Positions 28,593-42,039 of a stretch of 64,000 nt of DNA are shown in pieces. This DNA is from Octopus vulgaris (lineage: Eukaryota). The DNA is taken from positions 18,166,001 through 18,230,000 of the forward strand of contig OX597820.1 of the NCBI GenBank assembly GCA_951406725.2, read 5' to 3'. The first letter of the stretch is position 1. Every line of letters starts with the position of its first letter. Below the pieces are notes generated by a model that saw nothing but the letters and a program-made list of their open reading frames with translations, ran no database searches and was not told the DNA's origin. The translations under genes were made by a program, and so were the position numbers.

Positions 28593-28868
28593 ATATATAT
28601 ATATATCATCATCATCATTTAGTGTCCGCTTTCCATGCTAGCATGGGTTGGACGGTTCAACTGGGGTCTGGGAAGCCAGAAGGCTGCACCAGGCCCAGTC
28701 TGATCTGGCAATGTTTCTACGGCTGGATGCTCTTCCTAACGCCAACCACTCCGTGAGTGTAGTGGGTGCTTTTTACGTGCCACCCACACAGGTGCCAGAC
28801 GGAGCTGGCAAATGGCCACGAACGGATGGTGCTTTTACGTGCCACCGGCACGGGGGCCTGGCAAGGCT

Positions 28869-28938
<70 letters not shown>

Positions 28939-29537
28939 TATGTATGTGTGGGACTTATTCTTTATAGGTCTAGTACTTATTGCTGAACCACTAAGTACAG
29001 GGATATAAGCACACCAACATCAATTGTCAAGCAATGGTGGTGGTGGGGGGGACAAACACAGACATGCATATACATACTTATATATACGATGGGCTTCTTT
29101 CAGTTTCCGTCTACCAAATCCACTCACAAGGCTTTGGTCATCCCGAGTCTATAGTAGAAGACACTTGCCCAAGGATGGTGCTTTTTACATGTCGCCGGCA
29201 CGGAAGCCAGTCAAAGTGGCACTGGCATCGGCTACGTTCGAATGGTGCCTTTTACGTGCTACGAGCACGAGGATCACAACTACAATTTCCATTTGATTTC
29301 CCAGTTAGGGACCATGTCAAAGTTGACATTGAGCACAATGCAGTCTTGTAGCTTATAAGATCCTGACAAGCCATCCAACCCATGTCAGCAAGGAAAGCAG
29401 ATGTTAAACGATGATAAGGATTACACACACACAAATAGACAGGCAGGCAGTCAGGCAGGCAAACAGACAGACAGACAGACAGGCAGAGAGTTAGATGCAC
29501 AGACAGACAGATATATATATATATGATAATAATAATG

Positions 29538-29574
<37 letters not shown>

Positions 29575-29618
29575 CAACAACAATAATAATGATAATGATA
29601 ACGATGATGATGATGATG

Positions 29619-29651
<33 letters not shown>

Positions 29652-29654
<3 letters not shown>

Positions 29655-29828
29655 TACATATAACATACAGAAAATTGCACTACTAGGCACTGCACACATC
29701 CTACGCAGAACACTTTCCATACAATAACCATCAGAGCATCACAACAAATCACAGCACATACCCAAGGCACACAGAGCTGTGCTCGGTAGTGAAGTGAAAG
29801 CACGATATAAAAAATATACTACTGAATG

Positions 29829-29883
<55 letters not shown>

Positions 29884-30123
29884 GTGCAAAAGATTGTCTT
29901 AACTGGTACATCACATGTATTGAGAAGAGCATTGTCGATGTGAGAACTATTACTACCCATGTATTTTAATTTAACTTTATTTTTATCAAAAAAAAAAAAA
30001 ATTAATGAACTAGTGAGCTTAGTTTAATGGCCTACCAATGTATACTATGAGTTTCCTTGACCTAGGAGCCCGGAAGACACTCGGCAAGAAAAGGAAGCAA
30101 ATTTGAAAGAAGAAAAACCCATA

Positions 30124-30179
<56 letters not shown>

Positions 30180-30377
30180 GATAAGAAAAATACCAGGACT
30201 TACAAATATATATAACATACAGAAAATTGCACTACTGGGTACTGCACACATCCTATGCAAAACACTTTCAATACAGTAACCATAAGAGCATCACAACAAA
30301 CCACAGCACATACCCAAGGCACACAGATCAGCACTCGGTAGTGAAGTGAAAGCATGATATAAAAATAAAACTACTGA
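29652..30377 (+). mobile_element. Three R4/Dong-like retrotransposon 3' tails in a (TAA)n array
   Basis: 29652-29826 and 30179-30377 encode IYNIQKIALLGTAHIL(R/C)..LSIQ*; 29883-30120 encodes VQKIVLTGTSHVLRRALSM*. Each is flanked by (AAT)n. Confidence 0.8.
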
Positions 30378-30412
30378 ATAATAATAATAATAACAACAAC
30401 AAAAACAACAAC

Positions 30413-30453
<41 letters not shown>

Positions 30454-30463
30454 TATAATGATG

Positions 30464-30527
<64 letters not shown>

Positions 30528-30697
30528 TAAAATGTAACAACAAAAGAAGGAGACCTCGATATTAAATAAATAGAGAATTATTTATATATGATATAATTTA
30601 GAACAAACAGTAAAATGTTGTCATTATGGTACTCGGAGTTTCGAATGTTGGAGTGAAGAGCTACGTTACATCCTTGTTGGCTATCATGGTAAGCAAG

Positions 30698-30768
<71 letters not shown>

Positions 30769-31643
30769 TTGTCATCATATATATATGGAAAGAGAGAGAG
30801 AGAGAGAAAGACAGACAGACAGATACAGGTCGATAGATAGACAGAAAAGTAGGCAGACAGGCAGAGACACAAACAGACAGACAGAGAAACTAGTGGCTGT
30901 CTGCATGATTAACAATTATTTTTATCGATAAAGTAAAAGACTCTAAGTTTATTTTCAATAATTTCTGTGTTGCTGAGAGAATGTGAGATGAGCTACGAGC
31001 AATTTTGGACCAAGTCTCTTTTTCTTTGTCCATAGTCTTTGAGAATGGAGGAATAGTGAAGAATTACTGGTCGAGGCCGACAGGAAGCGCCGATGCTTCC
31101 TAGGGCTAAACAGCGGTGGTGTAGTTCCCTCACTGTCACGTTAAGTTGACTGTATACAATCACTCTATCGCCCCACCACTCTCTTTTACTCTTTTACTTG
31201 TTTCAGTCGTTTTGACTGCAGCCATGCTGGAGCACCGCCTTTAGTCAAGCAAATCGACCCCGGGACTTATTCTTTGTAAGCCCAGTACTTATTCTATCGG
31301 TCTCTTTGCCGAACCACTAAGTGATGGGGATGTAAACACACCAGCATCGGTTGTCAAGCAATGCTAGGGGGACAAACACAGACACACACACACACTTATA
31401 TATATATATACATATATACGACAGGCTTCTTTCAGTATCCATCTACCAAATCCACTCACTAGTCTTTGGTTGGCCCGGGGCTATAGTAGAAGACACTTGC
31501 CCAAGGTGCCATGTGGTTGGTAAGCAAGCTACTTACCACACAGCCATTCCTGCGCCTGTACATATCTCTATGAGATATTCAGAAATTTAATATTTCCGAG
31601 TAAAGAATTAGTTACTGAAAAATCTATGAGAAGGAACTGGTTG

Positions 31644-31698
<55 letters not shown>

Positions 31699-32073
31699 TA
31701 GGAGAATGTTTTTACAAGGGGTGGCGAGAGAATAAAAACAAGAAGGGACAGTATTGATCTGTGAACTGGAGGGTAAGTTTGATTGGTCAGCTAAAGGTCA
31801 GCAATCTGAAGACAGTTTGTCGATAACAATACATACATTAATGTATGTACACAAACTTACATATGAGTAGATTAGCCTGCTTGCTCACCCTTTTCTTTCC
31901 TTTTCTTTTTGTTTCTTCACGCAGATACATGCACATGTGGACCTATAGAGGTCCACATGTGCTTGTGGGTTTTTTGGAATAAAGCGGCTAACATATGTTT
32001 TCTCATACAGGTGTATATGTGTAAATATGCATCTTATTAGGGTAAGCAAGGAAATTTAAAAAAAAAATTTTTT

Positions 32074-32472
32074 TTACTTATTTCAGTCATTTGACTGCGG
32101 CCATGCTGGAGCACCGCCTTTAGTCGAGCAAATCGACCCCAGGACTTATTCTTTGTAAGCCTAGTACTTACTCTATCGGCCTCTTTTGCCGAACCGCTAA
32201 GTTACGGGGACGCAAGCACACCAGCATCAGTTGTCAAGCGATGTTGGTGGGGGACAAACACAGACACACAAACATACACACATACACATATATATATATA
32301 CATATATACGATGGGCTTCTTTCAGTTTCCATCTACCAAATCCACTCACAGGGCATTGGTCGGCCCGAGGCTATAGTAGAAGACACTTGCCCAAGGTGCC
32401 ACGCAGTGGGACTGAACCTGAAACCATGTGGTTGGTAAGCAAGCTACTTACCACACAGCCACTCCTGCGCCT
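32074..32472 (-). mobile_element. SINE family A
   Basis: Full-length reverse copy. Confidence 0.9.
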
Positions 32473-33041
32473 ATATATATTTATCATCATTATCATTGTC
32501 ATCATCATCATTTAACGTCTAATTTCCATGCTGGCATGGGTTGGACGGTTTGGTTGAGGAGTAACATGCCAAGAAGCTGCACTAGGCTCCAATCTGATCT
32601 GGTAAGGTTTCTACATCTGGATGCCCTTCTAACCTCAGCCACTCTAAGAATGTAATGTTTGCTTTTTACAGGCCATTAGCATGGGGGCCAGTCAGGTGGC
32701 ACTGGCATTGACCATGCTCTAATGGTGCTTTTTACATGTCACTGGCACAGATGCCAGTCAGACAGCACTGGTAAGAGCCATGTCTACAATATATATATAT
32801 AATTATCATCATCATCATCATTTAACGTCTGCTTTCCATGCTGGCATGAGTTGGTCGGTTTGACTGAGAGCTGGCAAGCCAAAAGGCTGCACCAGGCTCC
32901 AATCCAATCTGGCAAAGTTTCTACAGCTGGATCAATAGAATAAGTACTAGGCTTACAAAGAATAAGTCCTGGGGTCGATTTGTTTGACTAAAGATGGTGC
33001 TCCAACATGGCCACAGTCAAATGTGTGAAACAAGTAAAAGA

Positions 33042-33180
<139 letters not shown>

Positions 33181-33324
33181 TTTATATATATATAGAACAT
33201 GAGGGGTTTGGTTCACTTGTGACCTAATCGAATAGGTGAGTGCTATTCTGTTTTATTCCTTATAAACTGTAAATTTTATTCCTTGTAAATTGTAAATTTT
33301 CCCCGCCTAAGATATTCATACCTT

Positions 33325-33400
33325 GTCTCTGATGATGGAATACCCAGTGCATGGACATGCTAACCAACCACTTGGGTTATCCCAGAAACAGCTGTAAGAC
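33325..33400 (+). ncRNA. Type I hammerhead ribozyme, near-intact
   Basis: GTCT-CTGATGA-[TGGAATACCCAGTG...CACTTGGGTTATCCCA stem II]-GAAAC-AGCT-GTA/AGAC. Stem I is GTCT/AGAC and stem III is the palindrome ACAGCTGT. Predicted cut after 33396. Confidence 0.85.
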
Positions 33401-33810
33401 TTCAAATTCACCTTACCCTAATTAAATTACTCTAAATGACTTGGGATACTCATTCTACCTTGGTGTTGATTTTTCCTCCAATGTATTATATATATATATA
33501 TATATATATATAAATGAATATTTTCAAAGAGGAAGAATTTACGGATTTTTTCTCTTACAAGGTTTTTCACGCTGACTACTGATAATTTCTTTTAAAGATT
33601 TTATCCTCAATTGTTAATTTATATTTTTCACCGGAATAGTTCAATACTGAATTTTTATTCCGACTAGGCAATTTGTTACCGAAATGCATTGCAAAAAAGC
33701 CCGCCATTTTCATAGATATGTAAGGATAAACATTCGTACAAGCTACGACGAATTCTACGGTTGGCTATCGAGTTTGTAATGTTATGTTTTTTCTTATATT
33801 TCTTGAGTTT

Positions 33811-33868
33811 GTTGCACTGACGAACATTAAATGCGAAATCACATGCGAAATCACATGTGATATGTAAC
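33811..33868 (+). ncRNA. Hammerhead motif carrying a 12-nt tandem duplication
   Basis: GTTGCA-CTGACGA-ACATTAAATGC-GAAATCAC-ATGC-GAAA-TCACATGTGA-TA/TGTAAC, with a 6-bp stem I GTTGCA/TGTAAC. Confidence 0.65.
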
Positions 33869-34003
33869 TGAATTCTTTTTTAAAATGATGTGTTTTGAAG
33901 TTTTGCATTCGGTAAAATTTTGTTTATTTTTAGTAGTTTTGACCGCATTGGTCCCTCTTAGCGTGTTGGTATCTACGAATAGTAGTACCCTCAATATAAT
34001 ATA

Positions 34004-34041
<38 letters not shown>

Positions 34042-34044
<3 letters not shown>

Positions 34045-34590
34045 GGGTTGGACAAAATAATGGAAATACCTAGCATCATAGCATCATAATTAAAACCATC
34101 AAAAGCTTGTTTATTTTTATGTTTTTTTATTTATTATTAGTGTTGCTTAATATGTTTTGCTAAAATTGCTGTTTCTTTTCAGATATCATCAGAAAAAGGC
34201 AATTAAAATTCAGTAAAATGACAGATCTATCGGACTTTCAAAGTGGTCAAATTGTTGGTGCTCATATCACAGGCGCTAGTGTAATGAAAACAGCTGAATA
34301 TTTGGTGTATCAAGAGGTACTGTCTCGAAAGTAATGACAGCCTTTGAGAAAGAGGGGAAAACCTCCCCTTGAAGCAAAACTCTGCAAGAAAACCAAAACT
34401 TTCAGATAGGGACTGTTGGACTCTTATGCGAATTGTTAGAAAGGATCACAAAAGTACAGCACCCAAAATTACTGCAGAGCTTAATGACCACCTCGAGAAC
34501 CCAGTTTTCACAAAAACTGTTCACCAGGAGCTGCACAAAGCCGGATTTCACAGGAAGGCTGAAATCAGAAAACTACTACTATCAAAAACA
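34042..34590 (+). pseudogene. Tc1-like transposon, 5' half (same family as 17244-18009)
   Basis: TA-CAGGGGTTGGACAAAATAATGGAAATACC left TIR; MTDLSDFQSGQIVGA...RKPKLSDRD...ITAELNDHLENPV HTH region. Confidence 0.85.
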
Positions 34591-35140
34591 AGGGTTTGGT
34601 TGGCCTGTGGTTATGGTAGAAGACACTTGCCCAAGGTACAGCATAATGGGACCGAACCCAGAACCATGTGGTTGGAAAACAAGTTTCTCACCACACTGCC
34701 ATGCATGTCCCTATGCTGGTTACTCTTTGTTGATTGGTTTTTGTCTCCAGGGTATATCTTGGAGATTTATTTAAAATTCTTAGTTGGTGGCTCAAAGAGC
34801 TTGTTGATGCTCCTGGTGGCAGATATTCAACACTAGAATGTTATGTAAGGTGACCAGCCGTTAGAATCATTAGTACACTGAAGAAAATACTTAGGCATTT
34901 ATCTTTACAATCTGAGTTCAAATTCTGCCAGAGTCGACTTTGCCGTTCACTCTTTTGGGATCCATAAAATAAGTACCAGTTGTGCACTGGGGTAAATGTA
35001 ATTGACTTAATTACTCTCCATGAAATTGCAGGCCCTGTGGAACAAATTCAAACCAACATTAGAATGTTATGGAAATATATAGCCTTTAAAAATCAAGGAG
35101 GAAGGTTTGCTCAAATTTCTTACCACTTTTTTGGCAGATG

Positions 35141-35301
35141 GGTGTAGGAGTGGCTGTGTGGTAAATAGCTTGCTTACGAACCACATGGTTCCGGTTCAGT
35201 CCCACTGCATGGCACGTTGGGCAAGTGTCTTCTACTACAGCCTCGGGCCGACCAAAGCCTTGTGAATGGATTTAGTAGATGGAAACTGAAAGAACCCTGT
35301 C

Positions 35302-35332
<31 letters not shown>

Positions 35333-35543
35333 CGTGTCTGTGTTTGTCCCCCCAACATCGCTTGACAACCGATGCTGGTGTGTTTACATCCCCGTAACTT
35401 AGCAGTTCGGCAAAAAGAAACTGATAGAATAAGTACTAGGCTTACAAAGAATAAGCTCTGGGGTTGATTTGTTCGACTAAAGGCGGTGCTCCAGCATGGC
35501 CACAGTCAAATGGCTGAAACAAGTAAAAGAGAGTAAAAGAGAG
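35141..35543 (+). mobile_element. SINE family A
   Basis: Full-length copy with A/B boxes and AAAAGAG tail. Confidence 0.9.
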
Positions 35544-36156
35544 ATGGTTATATAATTCAATAGAAACATCATCAGATTGCATGCTTGGTACCATGGAAAT
35601 TCAAAATTGCAAAAAAATTAAAAAGTAAAGGATAAAAAAAAAAAGGAGCAAGAAAAATACATAAGTTATACACAGTGAAAAACCAAGAATCTAAAAGAGA
35701 AAATGTAAACCCATTGCAAAAACGTACAGATTGATGCAGCAAAGAATATTAAGAGGAAGACTTTTGAAAAATGAAAACAAAGAAGTGGACTAGAGACAAA
35801 GAATAAACAATATAAGTGTTTATCAGCTTTATCAGTTGTGATTCTTAAAGGTGATGGAATTTCAATTTGTGAAAAACCAAGTTTTTGTCATGAAGGTTTT
35901 ATTGTTAATAATTCTGGATACACCAAATGCTTCACTTTTATGAGAAAGAAAATAATATAAAATCGAAAGTTTTGAACTAAATATAGGCGCAGACATGGTT
36001 CTGGGTTCAGTCCCACTACGTGACACTTTGGGTAGGTGTTTTCTACTATAACCCTAGGCTGGCCAAAGCCTTGTTTGTGGATTTGTTAAACAGACAGAAG
36101 CTGAAAGAAGACCATCTTTCTCTCTTTCTCTCTCTAAATATATATACATATGTATA

Positions 36157-36217
<61 letters not shown>

Positions 36218-36692
36218 TGGTACAACAATGCTCTAATATTTACTGGCAATAACAGTTAATAATATATTACGCTAGAGTAGAGCTTCACTGTATATATATA
36301 ATGGCAAAGATGTTTGTGGACAGCAAACATAAAATGTTTCATCTTACCTGTAAGAAGAACTTTTAATAAATGTACAACCCAGATGTGGATAATCTAGGAC
36401 CTAAGTTTCGAACCAGGTATATATATATATGTATTGGTATAAAGTTAATCCAAACATGAAAACACAAAGAGAAAACACAACAACGCGAGGACGTGGAACA
36501 AGTATAGTGTTATTGGATGCTCAGGAAAGGAAAGAAAGAAGGAGGATTTAATGTTTCGAATGGAGCTCTTTGTCAGAAACATAGAAAAAGGAAAGATCCA
36601 AGGAAGAGAAGACGGAGGACAAAAAAATCGCCAACAATACACATGCGGTCACATATATACTTATTTTTATTAACACTGCAAAAACGTCACAA

Positions 36693-36734
36693 AACTGTTA
36701 CTCAAACCTTCATGTTCCCATTCATCAGACAGTT
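36693..36734 (-). ncRNA. Degenerate hammerhead (same family at 54847-54984)
   Basis: Reverse strand AACTGT-CTGATGA-ATG-GGAA-CAT-GAAGG-TTTGA-GTA-ACAGTT, with GAAAC mutated. Copies at 54.9 kb keep GAAACTCTGAGTA. Confidence 0.6.
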
Positions 36735-36824
36735 GCAATCAAAGGTGGAACAAAATTGTGTTGGTATACATAATATATGATCTTATGTGTCTGTATGTGA
36801 GCGTATATGTATATATACACACAC

Positions 36825-36879
<55 letters not shown>

Positions 36880-37081
36880 TATACATACATACATATATAT
36901 ATGTATATATATATATATATATATACACTCTCGGAGTGGTTGGTGTTAGGAAGGGCATCCAGCTGTAGAAACATTGCCAGATAAGACTGGAGCCTGGTGC
37001 AGCCTTCCGGCTTCCCAGATCCCCGGTCGAACCGTCCAACCCATGCTAGCATGGAGAACGGACGTTAAACGATGATGATGA

Positions 37082-37151
<70 letters not shown>

Positions 37152-37155
<4 letters not shown>

Positions 37156-38490
37156 TCATCATCATCATCGTCGTTAACGTCCGTTCTCCATGCTAGCATG
37201 GGTTGGACGGTTCGACCGGGGTTCTGGGAAGCCAGAAGGCTGCACCAGGCTCCAGTCTAATCTGGCAATGTTTCTACAGCTGGATGCCCTTCCTAACGCC
37301 AACCACTCCGTGAGTGTAGTGGGTGCTTTTTACGTGCCACCTGCACAGGTGCCAGGCGGGGCTGGCAACGGCCACGGTCAGATTGGTGTATTTTATGTGC
37401 CACCGGCACGGAAGCCAGTCGAGGCGGTGCTGGCATCGGCCACGAGTCGGATAGTGCTTTTTACATACCACCAGACCAGGGATCCTGGCTGGTTCAATTC
37501 GATTTCGATTTCGCTTGCCCCAACATGTCTTCACAAGCAAAGGGGGTTGGCAAGGGTGCCTGTCGTACGGTCGCATTGGAGTATTTTACGTGCCACGGCC
37601 ACGAGTTGGATAGTGCTTTTTACGTACCACCAGACCAGGGATCCTGGCTGGTTCAATTCGATTTCGCTTGCCCCAACATGTCTTCACAAGCAAAGGGGGT
37701 TGGCATGGGTGCCTGTCGTATGGTCGCATTGGAGTATTTTACGTGCCACGGCCACGAGTCGGATAGTGCTTTTTACGTACCACCAGGCCAGGGATCCTGG
37801 CTGGTTCAATTCGGGATTCGATTTCGATTTCGCTTGCTCCATGTCTTCGCAAGCATGGGGGGTTGGCATGGGTGTCTGTCGTCGGATGAGGTTCTATATC
37901 GACTTCGCTTGCCTCAACCGGTCTTTGTGTCCAAGGGAGGAAAGACATTCATAAGTGGGCTGGGCTCACTTGTCCTGCCTGGTCTTCTCACGTACAGAAT
38001 ATTTCCAAAGGTCTCGGTCTCTGGTCATTTCCTCAGTGAGGCCTAAAGTTCGAAGGTCGTGCTTCACCACCTCGTCCCAGGTTTTCCTGGGTCTACCTCT
38101 TCCACGGGTTCCCTCAACTGCTAGGGATTGGCACTTTCTCACACACCTATCTTCATCCATTCTCGCCACATGACCATACCAGCGCAATCGTCTCTCTTGC
38201 ACACCACAACTGATGCTTCTTAGGTACAACATTTCTCTCAAGGTGCTAACGCTCTGTCGAGTATGTACACTGACATTACACATCCATCGGAACATACTGG
38301 CTTCATTCCTCACGAGCTTACGCATGTCCTCAGCAGTCACGGCCCATGTTTCGCTGCCATGTAGCATGGCTGTTCGTACACACGCATCATACAGTCTGCC
38401 TTTTACTCTGAGCGAGAGGCCTTTAGTCACCAGCAGAGGTAAGAGCTCCCTAAACTTTGCCCAGGCTATTCTTATTCTAGCAGTTACACT
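37152..38490 (-). mobile_element. 5'-truncated RTE-clade LINE (RT C-terminus, 3' UTR, (GAT)n tail)
   Basis: ORF 37966-38430 reads KGRLYDACVRTAMLHGSETW...RRLRWYGHVARM...GRGRPRKTW and extends upstream as ARIRIAWAKFRELLPLL. It is followed by a 3' UTR ending ...GGACGTTAACGACGATGATGATG. Confidence 0.93.
37966..38490 (-). pseudogene. RTE ORF C-terminal fragment
   Basis: GSETW, RLRWYGHV and RGRPRKTW motifs typical of the RTE RT C-terminal region. Confidence 0.9.
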
Positions 38491-38495
38491 TTCCT

Positions 38496-39390
38496 CGAAG
38501 GAACAACAGGTTTTAAGTTAATACGTAGGGAATTTTCTGCGACGGAAATTACTGAGCATCTAGAAACTTCGGGGTTCGATTAAAACATAATATAAATAGG
38601 AGAGAGAGAGAATATTGTAGTGAATTCTGGGGATGGAATAACAACGGGATGCCACTGAAATTAAAGGAGGAATTTAAAATGCATGACAGACAGGAAGCCA
38701 TGCATACAAGATGGCGAAATAAATAATAGAGAAACGGGATTTAGAGTTACGAATCAACGCTTAAAAAATGAATATGAATGACAGGTTGTAAGTTAAATTC
38801 GCTTAGCTGGTCATTTTTCGAGTCAGTGTTTTGTCAGCAAGATGTAGAATCGAGAAGAGGGACGAGATAAATCGAACACTGCTTTATAAAGAGTTAGGGA
38901 TTTTGGGGGGGGGGGATTATCAGGTGGAAGCATGAGGAAAGAGAGAGGGAAGGAAGAGAGAGAGAGAGCTAAGGAACAACAGGTTTAATTCGTAAGGAAA
39001 TTTTCTGCAACAGAAATTACTGAACATCTAGAAACTTCGGGGTTCGAGAAGAACGTAATATAAATAAGAGAGAGAGAAAATATTTCGTAGGGAATTTAGG
39101 GTATCTTTGGGGAAAGGAATAACGACGAAGGAACAACAGGTTTTAAGTTAATACGTAGGGAATTTTCTGCGACAGAAATTACTGAACATCTAGAAACTTC
39201 GGGGTTCGAGAAGAACGTAATATAAATAAGAGAGAGAGAAAATATTTCGTAGGGAATTTAGGGTATCTTTGGGGAAAGGAATAACGACGAAGGAACAACA
39301 GGTTTTAAGTTAATACGTAGGGAATTTTCTGCGACAGAAATTACTGAACATCTAGAAACTTCGGGGTTCGAGAAGAACGTAATATAAATA
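38496..39390. repeat. 162-bp-period tandem repeat
   Basis: CGAAGGAACAACAGGTTTTAAGTTAATACGTAGGG at 38496, 39126 and 39288, with a variant near 38971. Confidence 0.85.
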
Positions 39391-40789
39391 TATATATATA
39401 TGTACATATATATATATATGTATGTATGCATATATGTCATCATTATCATTATCAACATTTAATGTCTGTTTTCTGTGCTGGTATGAGTTGGATGGTTTGA
39501 CCAGAGTTGGTAAGGGACTGCACCAGACTCCATCGCCTGTCATGGTATGGTTTCTACAGCTGATGCCCTTCCTAACACAAACCATTTTACAGTGTGTACT
39601 TGGTGCTTTTTATGTGACATCAGCACCAGAGCTTTTTATGTAGCACTATCACCAGTGATTTTTATGTGGAACCAGCAACAATACACTTTATGTAGAACCA
39701 TCACCAGTGCCTTTTATGTGGCACCAGCACCAGCCCTTTTTACAAGACACCATCATTATTCCTTTTTATGTGGAACTGGCACCAGTATCAATTCTGCTGT
39801 GGTGATAGGTCTTCTTGAGAACAGCAAGGTGCCAGATATCTTGGTCCTTTAAAAGGATAAGAGAAGAAAATTTAATTTTATTCATCAAACATACACCTCA
39901 TCCCTTATATAAGCTGAAAAAAAGACCAATTAATGCCTTACCAGCTTCAATTCAGTTATTCCAACACATTTCTCTTAACGGTAAGAAACCATGGAACTTT
40001 TCTACAGCAAGAAACCTGTTCCAGCCTCTTCTTTCATATTTTAACCTCTAAAGAACTTGTGCTAGTAGAATGTTAAAAGCACATCCGAGTGTGATCGTTG
40101 CCAGGACCATGGATTGGCTCCCATGCCGGTGACACGTGAAAAGCACCATTCAAGCATGATGGTTGCCAGTGTCGCCTTACCGGCACATGTGCCGGTGGCA
40201 AATGAAAAACAACATTCGAGCTTGGCTGTTGTCAGCGCAGCCGGACTTGCTTCCGTGCAGGTAGCACGTAAAAGCACCTTTTGAGTGTGAGCTTGGTCGT
40301 TGCCAGAACCGCCTGACTGGCCCACGCCCCAGTGGCACATAAAAAGCACCCACTACACTCTCAGAGTGGTTGGCATTAGGAAGGGCATCCAGCTGTAGAA
40401 ACTTTGCCAGACCAGATTGAGTCTGGTGCAGCCTTTGGCTCACCAGTCCTCAGTCAAACCATCCAACCCATGCCAGTATATATGTATATACATATATACA
40501 TACATGTGTGCATGTGTATGTGTCCATGAATTTATGGATACATGTATATATCTATCTACTAGCATTATGACCTGTCGTTGCTGGGTCATAGTGCTAGTGC
40601 ATGTATATATGTGTATATATATGTGTACATATTACATGTACATCATCATCATCATCATCATCATCATCGTTTAATGATGATGATGATGATGATCTATATA
40701 TATACATCTACACATAAAATACAAAATACAAAGTTATATCTTGATATCGCTAGTGATAACAATACTCAAAATATATAACAGACTGGAAT

Positions 40790-41312
40790 TGTAAGCCCGT
40801 CTCTTGCAATTTTGATCAATTGTATCTTGTCCTCCCTCTTGTATAGGAGTGTGGCTACAATCCAACCTACCTCTACTTCTGGGGGGACATTTTAAATTTT
40901 TATCCGGGACGTCCTACATCCCAGATATAAAGGTAAAAATAAAATATTTCCACATTGCAAGGTTCGAATCGAGTACTCCCTTGCACGCTCCGTTGACTCG
41001 AACCTTGCTTCTATTGTGGCAAATTTACCGCCTCTGGTTAGATATCTTTCATAGTCGCACCAAGACACTTTTCGAAGGTGCTTTCCTCCATGTGTTCAAA
41101 TCTTTTTTCTCTACATTGTATACTTTATAGACAATAGTCTTTTCTTTGATTTAATTTTTTATTTCATTTGGTGGTGTTATCCTAGATTCACCGTCTTTGT
41201 TGGTGATCAATCCAAAATAGGTTTGTATTTCTTCCATTTTAATTTTAATGAGTTCGCGCCCGCCGACGGCTGCAGTGAAATTCATTTTTGGACTTTCTTC
41301 TATTGAAGGCAT
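40790..41312 (-). pseudogene. Decayed ORF, probably a LINE ORF1 (RRM-like) 5' region
   Basis: ATG at 41312: MPSIEESPKMNFTAAVGGRELIK...TIVYKVYNVEK...YLTRGGKFATIEARFES...LFLPLYLGCRTSRI..PPEVEVGWIVA, with stops and frameshifts. Confidence 0.45.
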
Positions 41313-42039
41313 TCTAACAAAAATGCTTCCATATAAACGGTGAAAATATTGTCAATTTCCCCAAACAGGGACACAGTTAAATTTTTAAACAATAACCAAA
41401 GCTCCTTCTCCCAAAGGGGGAGGGTTACAGTTTACAATTATTTAACAAATGCAACACAACGATGTTTCCCTTACGAGGAACCAACAAACGTGATAACAAT
41501 AGTTAAACAGTAATAATAATAACAACAAACCTTATGGTGAATCAAAAAGCAGTACGCAGTTGAAGCTACAGTCCTTTATGTATAAGAAATAAACCAACAG
41601 CAGTACTCAGTAGAAGTGGCTGTTCGAGAAAACAGACATTACATACAGTCAAACTTCATATAGATACTTAATGCTAGCTAATTAGCAGATAATCTAATGT
41701 AAAAACCATTGTAAATGGTATGTGCACACCTCCATCTGGACTATTCCATTTCTGCACGCTAATTTTATTTTTAATTTATTCCCATTGATGTGAAACCACT
41801 TATTCAAGTTCAAGTCATTGATGCAATTTTATACCGATTGCTATTTTTACTTTTGTTATGTTATGATTATATTATACTTTTAGTTTGATTTTAATTATTA
41901 CTTACTACATATAATTCAATTGTTATTATTATCTCTAATTTTTATTGTTAAAGTGAAAGTATCTGACATAAAATAGAGAAATGTTTTTGTTTCACTTTTA
42001 AAACATAATACTGAAATAGTGGAGAAGATATGATATTGC

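Noticed and set aside
38971-39390. CRISPR-like array
   Set aside because: Whole units repeat with no unique spacers, and the context is eukaryotic.
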